64,000 nt of DNA from Bacteroidota bacterium. GTDB lineage: Bacteria; Bacteroidota; Bacteroidia; Bacteroidales; UBA7332. Positions 1-9,161 of the stretch are shown here, piece after piece. The stretch covers positions 5,424 through 69,423 of the forward strand of contig JAUZOF010000001.1 of the NCBI GenBank assembly GCA_030706585.1, given 5' to 3'. The translations under genes were made by a program, and so were the position numbers. The notes under the pieces were generated by a model that worked only from the letters and a program-made list of their open reading frames with translations, had not been told where the DNA came from and made no database searches. Position 1 is the first letter of the stretch; the number at the start of each line of letters is the position of its first letter.

Positions 1-1531
1 TGGCGGACGACAAGATACAATTCACGATACAGAAGAAATTAAATGGGAATTATGGAGCATTGTTTATGGGGTATGGAATTACATCAAAAACTCAGGTAAT
101 TTTCAGGGCGTTGAAAATCTGACACTGGAATGGGTGGGTGTTATTCCCGGAAAACGGGAAAGCCGGAGGTTTGAAGGGCTGTATACTTTGACGCAGCAGG
201 ATATAATCGAACAATGTCACCATCAGGATGCAGTGGCGTATGGCGGTTGGGCAATCGACTTGCATCCATCGGACGGTGTTTACAGTAAGGAAAATGGCTG
301 TACCCAGTATCATTCCAAAGGAATTTACGAAATGCCGTATAAATGTTTTGTTAGCAAAGATATACGGAATCTTTTTTTTGCAGGACGAATCATCAGTACA
401 TCGCATGTGGCGCACGGATCTTCACGGGTAATGGCCACTTCTGCTTTCGGGGCGCAAGCAGTGGGTATTGCTGCAGCTCAGTGTATTATGCATAAGATAT
501 TGCCGGCTGATATTCTTTCGCTGAAGGAACTGAAAAACCTCCAGCAGACACTCAATCTGACAGGTCAAAGCATTCCTGGCATTCCGATAAATAACGACAG
601 CAATCTGGCAAATTGTGCACATCTTGAGGCTTCAAGTACGTTGGAGCTGGATCGAATTCCTTTTGATGGATCATGGCACCAACTTGATTTTTCAGTGGCA
701 CAGCTATTACCTTTCAGCTCATCTGTGAATTACAGTTTTGAGGTAGAATTGGATGTTTTGCGACCTACTACACTGGATATTGAGTTGCGGTATGCGGAAA
801 AACCTGAAAATTTCACTCCGGATTGTACTGCGGAAAAATGGATGTATGCATTGGAACCAGGAGTACAGCGATTGCAAATTTCATTCAAGACATCGATTCC
901 GAATGAACAATATGCATTTGTAACGTTTCTAAAGAATGAGGTTGTAAAAATAAGAACGAGCACAAAACGTTATTCCGGCTTGTTGAGCGTATTTAATAAA
1001 TTCAATTATGCGGTAAACAATCATGGAAAACAGGATCCGCCTGAGAATGCAGGGATTGACTCTTTTGAATTCTGGTGTCCCGAAAGGCGACCGGGAGGGC
1101 ACAATATTGCAATGAACATTCATCCTGCAATTACCAGTTTTGGCGCAGCCAATGTGATAAATGGCTATACCCGTCCGACGGGGAGACCCAATGCCTGGGT
1201 TGCTTCATTGGAAGATCAACATCCCGAGTTGCGATTTTCGTGGACAGAAGTACAAACCATCAACCGAATCATTTTATATTTTGATACGGACTTTGACCAT
1301 CCGATGGAATCTGTCCAAATGGGGCATCCTGAAAACCGGATTCCATTTTGTGTCAGGGATTTCAAACTATTGAACGAGCGAAGAGAGCCGATATTTGAAG
1401 TAAGAGAAAATTATCAGACAATACGAAGAATCATTTTTCAGGAACCAATTAAAATCAATCAACTGATTTTGCAACTTAAAAAAACTGAAAAAAATATTCC
1501 ATGCTCTTTGTTTCAGGTATTTGTAGAATGA
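1..1531 (+). CDS. FAD-dependent oxidoreductase (FAD_oxidored/PF12831-like), 5'-truncated by window
   Basis: Frame is open from nt 2 (GGRQDTIHDTEEIKWELW...). Motifs GKRESRR, GGWAIDLHP, NLFFAGRIISTSHVAHGSSRVM. Confidence 0.85.
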   Translation, partial: GGRQDTIHDTEEIKWELWSIVYGVWNYIKNSGNFQGVENLTLEWVGVIPGKRESRRFEGLYTLTQQDIIEQCHHQDAVAYGGWAIDLHPSDGVYSKENGCTQYHSKGIYEMPYKCFVSKDIRNLFFAGRIISTSHVAHGSSRVMATSAFGAQAVGIAAAQCIMHKILPADILSLKELKNLQQTLNLTGQSIPGIPINNDSNLANCAHLEASSTLELDRIPFDGSWHQLDFSVAQLLPFSSSVNYSFEVELDVLRPTTLDIELRYAEKPENFTPDCTAEKWMYALEPGVQRLQISFKTSIPNEQYAFVTFLKNEVVKIRTSTKRYSGLLSVFNKFNYAVNNHGKQDPPENAGIDSFEFWCPERRPGGHNIAMNIHPAITSFGAANVINGYTRPTGRPNAWVASLEDQHPELRFSWTEVQTINRIILYFDTDFDHPMESVQMGHPENRIPFCVRDFKLLNERREPIFEVRENYQTIRRIIFQEPIKINQLILQLKKTEKNIPCSLFQVFVE

Positions 1532-1633
1532 AGTGTTAAATTTGAGAGCCGGGAAATACGAAGTGCAATCTTGTCAAAACATTTGTTATCTGGCATTTTG
1601 TGACGAATCAGGTTTGATCGGATGACTTTCTAA

Positions 1634-1684
1634 ATATGTTAAAACGAAGAATGCAGTAGCGGAATTTTCCACATTGCCTGTATA
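1634..1684 (+). promoter_or_regulatory. Putative ECF-sigma promoter, copy 1 (AGTAGCGGAA-N13-CTGTATA)
   Basis: Motif recurs with the same spacing upstream of fecR and susC. Confidence 0.7.
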
Positions 1685-1801
1685 CCTTTACATGCATGAG
1701 AGATGAATTTGTCTTACAATCGAGTGATTCACCTTGTGTGTAGATATAACCTGAACGAATCTATCTGTTATAATTGGGATTAAATAATTGCATTTAGATG
1801 G

Positions 1802-2380
1802 ATGGCCATGATTGAAAAAGAAGAAATACGTTTGCTTTCTCAGGGGAATACGGCTGCTTTTGAACACCTGTATTACCTTTACAGCGGGAAGTTATACAAT
1901 TTTATATTGAAACTGACGCAAGGGAACAGCCATGTGGCTGAAGAACTGGTACAGCGTACTTTTATCAAATTATGGGAACAACAGGCAAAAATAGATCCTG
2001 ACAAATCTTTCCTTTCTTTTTTGTGCACAATTGCGAAGAATCTTCTGATTAACGATTATGAACACGAGGCAGTTCGGTTTGTTTACACTGAATATATAAA
2101 GAATAATGCCTATCTGCAGTATGATAATGAGACGGAAAAGGAGGTTGATCGCAAACTATTGGAAGAATTTATAGATCAACTTACGGAAGAATTGCCCCCA
2201 AAACGGAAAGAAATCTTCATTTTAAGCCGTAAACAAGGATTCTCCAACAAAAGCATTGCCAGACAATTACATATTTCTGAAAGCACTATTGAAACACAAC
2301 TTGCTAAATCTTTGGCTTATATGAAAGACAAACTAAAATATTACGGTACTTACATCTTATTTTTGTGTATGTTTTTCTAA
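1802..2380 (+). CDS. ECF-type RNA polymerase sigma-70 factor
   Basis: AFEHLY..YSGKLYNF, AEELVQRTFIKLW and region 4 LPPKRKEIFILSR..G.SNK.IA..L.ISESTIE; lies next to fecR. Confidence 0.95.
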   Translation: MAMIEKEEIRLLSQGNTAAFEHLYYLYSGKLYNFILKLTQGNSHVAEELVQRTFIKLWEQQAKIDPDKSFLSFLCTIAKNLLINDYEHEAVRFVYTEYIKNNAYLQYDNETEKEVDRKLLEEFIDQLTEELPPKRKEIFILSRKQGFSNKSIARQLHISESTIETQLAKSLAYMKDKLKYYGTYILFLCMFF

Positions 2381-2385
2381 CTTTA

Positions 2386-2415
2386 AGTAGTGGAAAAATA
2401 AGTGCTAACTGTATA
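2386..2415 (+). promoter_or_regulatory. Putative ECF-sigma promoter, copy 2 (AGTAGTGGAA-N13-CTGTATA)
   Basis: Same bipartite motif and 13-nt spacer as 1655-1684 and 3520-3549. Confidence 0.6.
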
Positions 2416-2444
2416 TAGAGTAGCAAAGCATAAAGTCTTAATGT

Positions 2445-3422
2445 ATGAGTCCAGAAGAATGTATAGAACTTTTTGAACGCTATGTGTTTGGCAAAGCCTC
2501 TGACCAGGAAATTGCCAGATTGTCTAACTGGATTAAAAATAATCCGGGACTTTCGCGTTGGTTGGAACGGCAGATTGAGGATTCGTCTTCCGAGATTGAT
2601 GCCGCGCTGCAATTTAGAATGCTCCGGAATATACATAAGGAAGTGGAGCCTGATAATGCACCGGTACGTTCTTCCGGTTGGAAAAAACAATGGTGGCTGG
2701 CCGCGGCAGTCGTTATGCTACCGTTACTGACAGCTATCGGCATGTATTTCTACATGTCAGACAAAACAATTCCAGAAAAAGCACCCTATACTATTGCCGT
2801 CGAACAAGGACAAAAGGCAAACATCGTTTTGCCGGATGGATCCAAGGTCTGGCTCAACTCAAAATCGAAACTGACATGTACACCCGGTTTTAATGATAAA
2901 GATCGGGAGCTGAATCTGACAGGTGAGGCTTATTTTGAGGTGGCACACAATAAGAATAAACCATTTCGGGTAAAATGTAACGATATTTCAGTGGAAGCGC
3001 TCGGAACGGCATTTGTTGTGAGAGCTTACGGCGAAGATAAAACAGTGTCTTCGGTTCTGATAAATGGTAAGGTGAAGGTAGGAACACTCGGTGGACAGGT
3101 CGTGTTGTCTCCGAACGAACGGGTCGAATATGACAAAGAAACACGAACTAACAAGGTAAAGCATGTCACCAATGCTCCCGACTTTACCGGATGGAGAAAT
3201 AATGAATTGCGTTTTGAACATGAGACACTTAAAGAGATTGCCAAAAGCATAGAACGTACATACAATATTAAAATAGTGTTTGGCTCGAACGGCATAGAAA
3301 ATCAATATTTTACAGGTACCATTAATAATGGGAGCCTTGAAAGTGTGCTGAATACATTGGCACTAACATCGTCGTTAAAATTCCGGATCGAGAATCAACA
3401 AGTTATTTTGTCCAAACGATAA
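2445..3422 (+). CDS. FecR-family anti-sigma factor
   Basis: One TM segment, LPDGSKVWLN, GEAYFEV, LGTAF; sits between ECF sigma and susC. Confidence 0.95.
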   Translation: MSPEECIELFERYVFGKASDQEIARLSNWIKNNPGLSRWLERQIEDSSSEIDAALQFRMLRNIHKEVEPDNAPVRSSGWKKQWWLAAAVVMLPLLTAIGMYFYMSDKTIPEKAPYTIAVEQGQKANIVLPDGSKVWLNSKSKLTCTPGFNDKDRELNLTGEAYFEVAHNKNKPFRVKCNDISVEALGTAFVVRAYGEDKTVSSVLINGKVKVGTLGGQVVLSPNERVEYDKETRTNKVKHVTNAPDFTGWRNNELRFEHETLKEIAKSIERTYNIKIVFGSNGIENQYFTGTINNGSLESVLNTLALTSSLKFRIENQQVILSKR

Positions 3423-3458
3423 CTGTTGATCCTTCTGTTCTTTCACTATACAAACAAT

Positions 3459-3491
3459 AGCAGCCTGAAATAATTTAGGTTGCTTTTTTTT
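3459..3491 (+). terminator. Intrinsic terminator after fecR
   Basis: AGCAGCCTGAA...TTAGGTTGCT stem followed by a T-run. Confidence 0.7.
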
Positions 3492-3498
3492 GAAATTT

Positions 3499-3549
3499 AT
3501 ATGTTAAAATGCAGGATGCAGTAGCGGAATTTTACGCCTTGCCTGTATA
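3499..3549 (+). promoter_or_regulatory. Putative ECF-sigma promoter, copy 3, upstream of susC
   Basis: ATATGTTAAAA-N6-ATGCAGTAGCGGAATTTT...TTGCCTGTATA, nearly identical to 1634-1684. Confidence 0.75.
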
Positions 3550-3597
3550 TATAAGTGAAAGATTAATTTTTACCTTTTAACTTCTAAATTAATACGT

Positions 3598-6500
3598 ATG
3601 AGAATGCACGTTAATGACACTTCGAGAATCAGACGGAGGCACCCGGACTTGCGATACCTTGTTGTATTGCTGCTGTTTTTCCCGTTTTTTATGAGCGCAC
3701 AAATCAGCCTCAATGTAAAACAGCAACCGCTGAAAGACATATTCAAGCTGATTGAATCGAAAAGTGGGTATCGTTTCTTCTACAACGAAAGCCTGAAAGG
3801 TCTGGATCAATTGTGCACTATAAAGGTGGACAATGCGCCGATAGATAAAGTGATGACGCAACTTTTGTCTAAGGCTAATATTGGCTACAAAAAAGATAAG
3901 AACAATTTGATTGTTCTTTTTCAAAAGTCGAAAAGCCAGGAAGGAATGGATGAACAGACAAGAAAGAACATCCACAAAATCACAGGTTTTGTGAAAGACG
4001 AAAAAGGGCAACCTTTGCCGGGAGCCAGCGTAATCATCAAAGGCAATAAACAAGGCGTGATAACTGATCTTGATGGGGCTTTTTCGTTACAAAATGTAGA
4101 GGATAACTCCATTTTGCAAGTTTCTTTTGTTGGTATGAAGAAACAAGAAATCCCAATAAATAAACAAACGAATCTTGATATTACCCTTCAAGACGAAGCG
4201 ATTGGGTTAAATGAAGTGGTTGCGGTGGGTTACGCCACTCAAAAGAAAGTGAATGTTATAGGTTCTGTTGCGACGATTAACTCAAAATCGCTCGATAGCA
4301 GGCCTGTAACAAATTTATCGTCTGCACTGGCAGGTTTGGCTACAGGGGTTTACGTTCGTAATACTTCGGGCCAGCCGGGTTCTGATGGAGCCAGCATTCT
4401 TATTCGCGGTACAGGTACATTGAATAATACAGCACCGTTGGTAATTGTTGATGGTATTGTGGGTACAACTACCGGATTAAACCCGAATGATGTAGAAAGT
4501 ATTTCTGTGTTAAAAGATGCTGCTACAGCTGCTATTTACGGATCGTTGGCCTCAAACGGAGTCATACTGGTTACTACCAAAAGTGGTAGTCAGGGCAAGA
4601 TCAGTGTGACCTATTCAGGAAATACATCCATCACTCATCCTAACAATTTACCTGGTTTCGTATCTGATTATGCACGTCACATGCAATTAGTCAACGAAGG
4701 CTATTCTAATATTGGTCAGACTCCGGTTTATACCGCGTCAACGATTGCCCTCTGGCAGAATGCAAACGAACATCCTAATGAATTGACATCATTAGGAATT
4801 CCCAATTATGTCGCTTATCCCAATACAAATTGGGCGAATGTAATCTTCCAGGATAAATTGCTCCAAAATCATAACTTGTCGCTAAAGGGAGGAACTCAGA
4901 ATACGCAGTTTTTATTGTCTGCCGGATACATGAACAACCCGGGAACAATGCCAAATACAGGTTCAGACCGCTATCAAATTCGTGTGAATCTACAATCGAA
5001 GGTGGCAAAGTTTCTTACTGTCGGTACCCAAACATTTGGATCTGTACAGAATTCAAGCGTTGTGGATTTAAATACAGTCTTTTCTTATCTGACAGCTACA
5101 GTTCCGGGAGTTTATCCTCACTATAATGGAAAATACGGTTTCCCTTCAGCCTCAGAAGAATCTTCAACCGCAAACAATCCGCTTGCATCACTCTATTCGT
5201 TGGCAGGAGAAAATACTGTTACTATGGCAAATACCACGGTTTTTGCGAATTTGGATATTGTTAAAGGTCTGCGTATGGAATCAAAAGCTCACTATGACGT
5301 GTCATATACTGAAAACAATAACCATCCGGTTTCTCAGGATAAATGGAATTTTGCAACAAATACAATTGGGTCTTCAGCGGCAAGCCCGGGTCAGTTGACC
5401 ACTCAATATTCATTGTATAAAAACTATAATGTAATACTTGATAATGTTTTGAAGTATAATACAACCATTGCAGGTAAACATGATGTGGGCGTTTTGGCCG
5501 GCTATAACCAACAGTATTTCAAATTATATAACTTCTTGGCCAAAAAGACAGGCTTGCTGGATGCTTCGTTAACGACATTGAATACGGCAACTACCATGAC
5601 TACCATTTCAGGAGATGCTTATGATTATGCACTAAGATCTTTTTTCGGCAGGTTAAATTATGCATACAATCAAAAATATTTATTTGAAGCAGTTTTACGT
5701 TACGATGGATCATCCCGTTTTTCGAAAGATAGCCGTTGGGGCTTCTTTCCTGCATTCTCCGGTGGTTGGAGAGTTTCCGAAGAACCATTTATGCGAAATG
5801 TAAACAAGATTGTAGACAATTTAAAACTACGTGCGTCTTGGGGTAAAACCGGGAATAATGCTTCTGGAAATTATGATTACCAAGCTACATATAACACAAC
5901 GCAATATTCCTACAATGGAGTTGCAACAAGTGGCTTAATACAAAAAAAGAGCGCAAATCCGTACTTGCAATGGGAAACAACTACGACTACGAACCTGGGA
6001 TTAAGCGGAACGGCATTGAAGGGCGCCTTTAACTTTGAACTGGATGTGTACCGCGGATTTACGGAGGGCATCTTGTTCGTGCCAACAGTGCCTATTACAG
6101 TCGGAACGGCTACAGCCGCAACTCAAAATATTGCACAGGTTACAAAAAAAGGAATAGAATTGACTCTCGGGTATAACGGTAAACTCAAGAATTTCAAATA
6201 CAGCATATCGGGAAATATAGCCTACAACTATAACAATGTAAAAAAATACAAAGGACAGTTGCAAGAAGGCTATGTCACAGATGCCAATGGCAATCAGGTT
6301 TACTCCTCAAACCTTGGTTCCGTATCGACAGGTTCAACTCAACGTATTCTGCAAGGACACCGTATTAACGAATATTATCTTTATCCGGTATACAAAGGCA
6401 ATGGAACTTACACCAACAAAGATGGCTCGGTCAATAAAAATGGTGGTCCGAAAGATGGGATGATCAGAACTCAACAAGATATGAATTGGCTTCAAATGAT

Positions 6501-7143
6501 GGTTGCTGCCGGTTATACTTTTCAGCCTTCCGGTGGAGTCAGTAATTCTAAAATATGGTATGGTGATTTAATATATGGCGATACCAATGGAGATGGTATT
6601 TATGGTAATTCGTATGATCAGAAATTTACCGGTAAAAACTCTTCTCCTTCATGGAATTATGGAATGAATTTTAACATGGCTTACAAAGGTTTCGATGTTT
6701 CTATGATTTGGGCCGGTAGTGCCGGAATGTCATATTATTGGAATGAAACATATATGAACAGATCAATAGTGGCGTTAGGGAAAGCTGTTCCTACATTAGT
6801 TGCTAATGATCATTATTATTACAATGAAGCAAATCCGAGTGATCCGGCGAATAATATCTATGGGCATTATCCCAGATTGAAAACTACTGATCCTCAGAGT
6901 GGCATAGCAAGCGATTTCTATTTGTACAATGCTTCTTATCTGAAATTGAAAAGTTTACAAATTGGATATACAATTCCGGAACGACTGACAAAAAAAGTGT
7001 CAATTAGTAATGCCCGTATTTTTATTGGTGGTGAAAACTTGTTGACTTTGACATCATTCCCGGGACTGGATCCGGAAGTAGGTGCATCTATTTCTTATCC
7101 TACCATGAGACAATATACCGTAGGGATGAATATTACTTTCTAA
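3598..7143 (+). CDS. susC: SusC/RagA TonB-dependent transporter with N-terminal STN signalling domain
   Basis: STN-like N-terminus, EVVAVGY, plug motif ISVLKDAATAAIYGS.ASNGVILVTTK, RYDGSSRF, C-terminal Phe. Confidence 0.97.
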   Translation: MRMHVNDTSRIRRRHPDLRYLVVLLLFFPFFMSAQISLNVKQQPLKDIFKLIESKSGYRFFYNESLKGLDQLCTIKVDNAPIDKVMTQLLSKANIGYKKDKNNLIVLFQKSKSQEGMDEQTRKNIHKITGFVKDEKGQPLPGASVIIKGNKQGVITDLDGAFSLQNVEDNSILQVSFVGMKKQEIPINKQTNLDITLQDEAIGLNEVVAVGYATQKKVNVIGSVATINSKSLDSRPVTNLSSALAGLATGVYVRNTSGQPGSDGASILIRGTGTLNNTAPLVIVDGIVGTTTGLNPNDVESISVLKDAATAAIYGSLASNGVILVTTKSGSQGKISVTYSGNTSITHPNNLPGFVSDYARHMQLVNEGYSNIGQTPVYTASTIALWQNANEHPNELTSLGIPNYVAYPNTNWANVIFQDKLLQNHNLSLKGGTQNTQFLLSAGYMNNPGTMPNTGSDRYQIRVNLQSKVAKFLTVGTQTFGSVQNSSVVDLNTVFSYLTATVPGVYPHYNGKYGFPSASEESSTANNPLASLYSLAGENTVTMANTTVFANLDIVKGLRMESKAHYDVSYTENNNHPVSQDKWNFATNTIGSSAASPGQLTTQYSLYKNYNVILDNVLKYNTTIAGKHDVGVLAGYNQQYFKLYNFLAKKTGLLDASLTTLNTATTMTTISGDAYDYALRSFFGRLNYAYNQKYLFEAVLRYDGSSRFSKDSRWGFFPAFSGGWRVSEEPFMRNVNKIVDNLKLRASWGKTGNNASGNYDYQATYNTTQYSYNGVATSGLIQKKSANPYLQWETTTTTNLGLSGTALKGAFNFELDVYRGFTEGILFVPTVPITVGTATAATQNIAQVTKKGIELTLGYNGKLKNFKYSISGNIAYNYNNVKKYKGQLQEGYVTDANGNQVYSSNLGSVSTGSTQRILQGHRINEYYLYPVYKGNGTYTNKDGSVNKNGGPKDGMIRTQQDMNWLQMMVAAGYTFQPSGGVSNSKIWYGDLIYGDTNGDGIYGNSYDQKFTGKNSSPSWNYGMNFNMAYKGFDVSMIWAGSAGMSYYWNETYMNRSIVALGKAVPTLVANDHYYYNEANPSDPANNIYGHYPRLKTTDPQSGIASDFYLYNASYLKLKSLQIGYTIPERLTKKVSISNARIFIGGENLLTLTSFPGLDPEVGASISYPTMRQYTVGMNITF

Positions 7144-7155
7144 ATAATTGAGACC

Positions 7156-8916
7156 ATGAAACGAATATATCTTTATTTAAGTGCAATATTATTAATTGTA
7201 AGTTGTAGTAGTGATTTGCTTGATACAACGCCTTATTCTGCCATATCATCCCAAACAATGTGGACGACGGATAATTTAACTGATTTGGGAGTAACAGGAG
7301 TGTATGCTGCATTAAGACTCGGAACCGGAAGTAGCAGTACTACATCCCCGTACGAGCTGTATGAAACCGATCGTTTTGGATTTACAGGACAGAGCCGGTT
7401 TGATGAATCATTATTGAGAGGAACTATCACAGCCGGCGATGGGTTGTTTTCTACAATGTGGCAGAATTTCTACGAAGGTATTCAGCGTACGAATGATGCT
7501 ATCAAAAATATTCCGCTCAAATCTCCATCTGTTGCCACAAAAAAAGCGAGATATATTGCAGAGTGTAAATTTCTAAGGGCTTATTTTTACTATAGATTAA
7601 ATCAGCTTTATAAAGGAGTTCCAATTTATCTGGAACCGTTTACTGCAGAAGAAGCAACAAAGGCACGGTCAACTGAGGACGAAGTTTGGAATCAGATTAT
7701 TACGGATTTGACTGACTGTATCAATGAGACTAATCTTCCGGATAGGTATGTTTCCGGTAATGCAAATTATGGTCATATTACAAAAGGCGCTGCTTATGCA
7801 TTGCGCGGTAAAGTATATATGTACCAGAAAAAATGGGATCTGGCGGCTCAAGATTTTAGCAAGGTAAAAGATTGCGGCTATTCTTTGTTTTCAAATTACA
7901 AAACTCTTTTTACAACAGCTAACGAACAATGTCCAGAGATGATCTTTTCTATTCAAAATATCGGGCAACAAGATTTTGGAGGTTCCGTCCAATTGTATTA
8001 TGGTAGCCGTTCAGCTTTTACATCTGACTGGAATTATTTTATGCCAACGCCAGATTTAGTGGATTTATATGAAAACATCGATGGCTCAAAATTTAATTGG
8101 GATGATGTTATTCCAGGTTACTCCAGCCTCACTGTCGCCGAACGTGAAGTTTATTTCCTGAGAGATAATTTAACAACAGCAGAAAAAAATGCGGCTGCAC
8201 TCAGGGGAGCCAAAATGAGCTTGTATTTGCCAACCGGCAACGAAGCCAGAATTCTAAAGGCATATCAAAATCGTGACCCACGTTTGGCAGCAACAGTTAT
8301 CACTCCGTATTCGACATTTACAGGAGCGTATAACAATACTTCGACTGTGGCTGTCGCTACTTTGAGATGGCCTTACAGATCACAGGCATTGACCGGAGGC
8401 GACATACAAACCGACACGCAAAACTATTTTTATTACTTGTACCGCAAGTTTGTGATTGAAGGAGTTACCGATATTCTCAATCGAAATTACAGCCCGATAG
8501 ATATGCCGATTATCCGATATGCCGATGTTCTTCTTTTGTGGGCAGAAGCATTGAACGAACAGGGTTTCGTGCCGGAAGCCATAAGTAAGGTGAATGAAAT
8601 AAGGCAAAGAGCCGGAGTTGCACTGTTGAACTCTAATGCCGCGACCACAGTGACCGGTCAGGCTGATCTGAGAGTCCGTATTCAAAATGAACGTAGTGTT
8701 GAATTTGCTGGCGAAGGTGTCAATTATTTCGATCAGTTACGTTGGAAAATATGGAAAGACAAAGTGTTTTATAGCGGTAATGGCAGTAAACAGATCTGGG
8801 GTGGTGTTGTAAGTTCATATTCGTTTAAGGGCGATTATATTTACACATGGCCAATACCGGCATCGGAAATTCAAATCAATCCGAATTTGACACAAAATGA
8901 TGGTTGGATCAATTAA
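7156..8916 (+). CDS. susD: SusD/RagB lipoprotein
   Basis: Lipobox IVSC, AECKFLRAYFY, RYADVLLLWAEA, ERSVEFAGEG, PIP.SEI..NPNLTQN.GW. Confidence 0.96.
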   Translation: MKRIYLYLSAILLIVSCSSDLLDTTPYSAISSQTMWTTDNLTDLGVTGVYAALRLGTGSSSTTSPYELYETDRFGFTGQSRFDESLLRGTITAGDGLFSTMWQNFYEGIQRTNDAIKNIPLKSPSVATKKARYIAECKFLRAYFYYRLNQLYKGVPIYLEPFTAEEATKARSTEDEVWNQIITDLTDCINETNLPDRYVSGNANYGHITKGAAYALRGKVYMYQKKWDLAAQDFSKVKDCGYSLFSNYKTLFTTANEQCPEMIFSIQNIGQQDFGGSVQLYYGSRSAFTSDWNYFMPTPDLVDLYENIDGSKFNWDDVIPGYSSLTVAEREVYFLRDNLTTAEKNAAALRGAKMSLYLPTGNEARILKAYQNRDPRLAATVITPYSTFTGAYNNTSTVAVATLRWPYRSQALTGGDIQTDTQNYFYYLYRKFVIEGVTDILNRNYSPIDMPIIRYADVLLLWAEALNEQGFVPEAISKVNEIRQRAGVALLNSNAATTVTGQADLRVRIQNERSVEFAGEGVNYFDQLRWKIWKDKVFYSGNGSKQIWGGVVSSYSFKGDYIYTWPIPASEIQINPNLTQNDGWIN

Positions 8917-8984
8917 TAGGTTTTAGGTCTTGCTACCTGATATGTAACTAACCAATAATGTTTTGCAAATATCAGGATTTCACT

Positions 8985-9017
8985 CCTCTCCTTTCCTTGC
9001 CTACAGGAAAGGAGAGG
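8985..9017 (+). terminator. Stem-loop after susD (terminator or mRNA-stabilising hairpin)
   Basis: Perfect 13-bp stem CCTCTCCTTTCCT/AGGAAAGGAGAGG with a weak U-tail. Confidence 0.7.
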
Positions 9018-9161
9018 TTATTATCAACTTTCACTTTTCGGGATTAATCTAATCACGAAGTATCTACAGCGCATAAATTAGAGCATTCTACTGATATGGT
9101 TGCGTCTGAATGACAGGTGTTTTGCAACCTATTAGTTTGTCGTGTTTACAAAGCTACAAAT

